DNA of 53,063 nucleotides, from positions 1-53,063 of the forward strand of contig JABANN010000207.1 in assembly GCA_013115125.1 (NCBI GenBank), in the 5' to 3' direction. Below, in pieces: positions 51,978-53,063 of this stretch. The notes below the pieces were generated by a model. It made no database searches and had not been told where the DNA came from. It saw nothing but the letters and a program-made list of their open reading frames with translations. A program made the position numbers and the translations under genes. The stretch is from Perkinsus olseni (Eukaryota). The first letter of the stretch is position 1; every line of letters begins with the position of its first letter.

Positions 51978-52249
51978 GTCGCCTGGTAGGAGTGTCTCCT
52001 CCCCGGCTGATCGATTCGCGACTTGAGCTCTGTCGCCTGGTAGGAGTGTCTCCTCCCCGGCTGATCGATTCGCGACTTGAGCTCTGTCGCCTGGTAGGAG
52101 TGTCTNNNNNNNNNNNNNNNNNNNNNNNNNNNNNNNNNNNNNNNNNNNNNNNNNNNNNNNNNNNNNNNNNNNNNNNNNNNNNNNNNNNNNNNNNNNNNNN
52201 NNCCTCCTCCCCGGCTGATCGATTCGCGACTTGAGCTCTGTCGCCTGGT
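51978..52249. repeat. 54-bp minisatellite spanning an assembly gap
   Basis: Unit GTCGCCTGGTAGGAGTGTCTCCTCCCCGGCTGATCGATTCGCGACTTGAGCTCT starts at 51978, 52032 and 52086 and resumes after the N-run. Confidence 0.9.
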
Positions 52250-52495
52250 TGCGGACGAAGAGCCGGGATTTTATGCCCATGGATTTCTCAGCTTCCTCCC
52301 TCGGCGCGTTGTCGGCAGACAACGCCGCTTTCCTTAGTTCTTCGGCGCGGTGCTTGCGTTGGGGCTGAAAGTTGGGTAAAAACTTGGAGTTGTGAAGGCT
52401 GTCAAAAAAGATGGATTTACACGTCACGAAGACTACCAGTTTCAGCGTATCTTTAGGTTGAACCTGGCAAGATACAAAACAGGTTCCTTCCTTTA

Positions 52496-52634
52496 ATGGT
52501 CGAGAAATCCATTAGTAAAGTCGCTTCGTCGGCTGCGGCGGGTGGGAGCAGAGAAGGGGAGGCCATCAGGACGTTCAAAGGGGAGTTCAGTTTCCTGTCC
52601 AACTTCAGCGAGGACCCAGTCAGGATGGACGATG
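52496..52634 (+). CDS. First exon of a NADAR/YbiA-like protein (partial)
   Basis: IRTFKGEFSFLSNFSEDPVRMDDG matches the NADAR N-terminal F.G...FLSNF...P...DG motif; the expected downstream EH.(Y/F)QA exon was not found in the window. Confidence 0.55.
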
Positions 52635-53063
52635 GTAGTAGTAGTTTTTGTTTTGTTTTGTGCTGGGGGCACGACATCTCCTGCTTCTGCAGTATGGCCG
52701 TATAGCCCCTGGCTCGGTGAGCCTGACGGCACGCACAATCACTTACGAGTATGCATGAGTTACGTACAATACCAACTGTTACAACCTGTTATTGTAGGGC
52801 CCACTCCCACGTTCCAACTCAGTCGTCTTGTCATTCCTTCCACGAGGGCGCTACCATCCTGAGGAAGCGCCTGACACGGTTCAAGCCTGTTTCGCCTGCG
52901 CCGACGAGAGAATCCCTGATGAGTGCCATGCCCCTCGAGGTTCTCTCTCCTGACAGGAAATCTACCGAATAATGATCAGGCCAAATTTTACGACGAATTC
53001 TACTCAGCTTAACAGCTGGGCAACTGAAAAAGTGCGCCAGGTCCTCGCTCGGTCCACAGCAAT

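Noticed and set aside
51927-52427. ORF with 18-aa repeats
   Set aside because: It is a translation of the 54-bp minisatellite across an N-gap; there is no independent coding evidence.

Overview
Eukaryotic, intron-rich genomic DNA (many ~45-70 nt introns, three N-gaps). Gene content and style suggest an alveolate protist, most likely Perkinsus; this is inferred from the gene families, not from a marker gene. The left ~28 kb holds mostly intact genes: an A1 aspartic protease, a coiled-coil repeat protein, a full SulP/SLC26-STAS transporter, a CDPK, CLUAP1/IFT38, a PTS1-bearing SCP2 and a B-box protein. The right ~25 kb is an accessory zone: GH18 chitinase-like genes and pseudogenes, a 1228-bp mini LTR retroelement with identical LTRs, two paralogous small secreted 8-cysteine peptide genes, a membrane-embedded TIR-like protein, a NADAR-like exon and minisatellites. 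The most striking signal is a recurrent 22-nt scar with a strict grammar: for an 8-mer ABCDEFGH it reads ABCDEFG + reverse complement of the 8-mer + BCDEFGH (net +14 nt). I found 12 exact copies, 3 one-mismatch copies and several longer two-hairpin variants. This is the product expected from hAT-type hairpin excision out of an 8-bp target-site duplication. Removing two such scars restores a broken cysteine-rich peptide gene whose cysteine spacing then matches its intact paralog.
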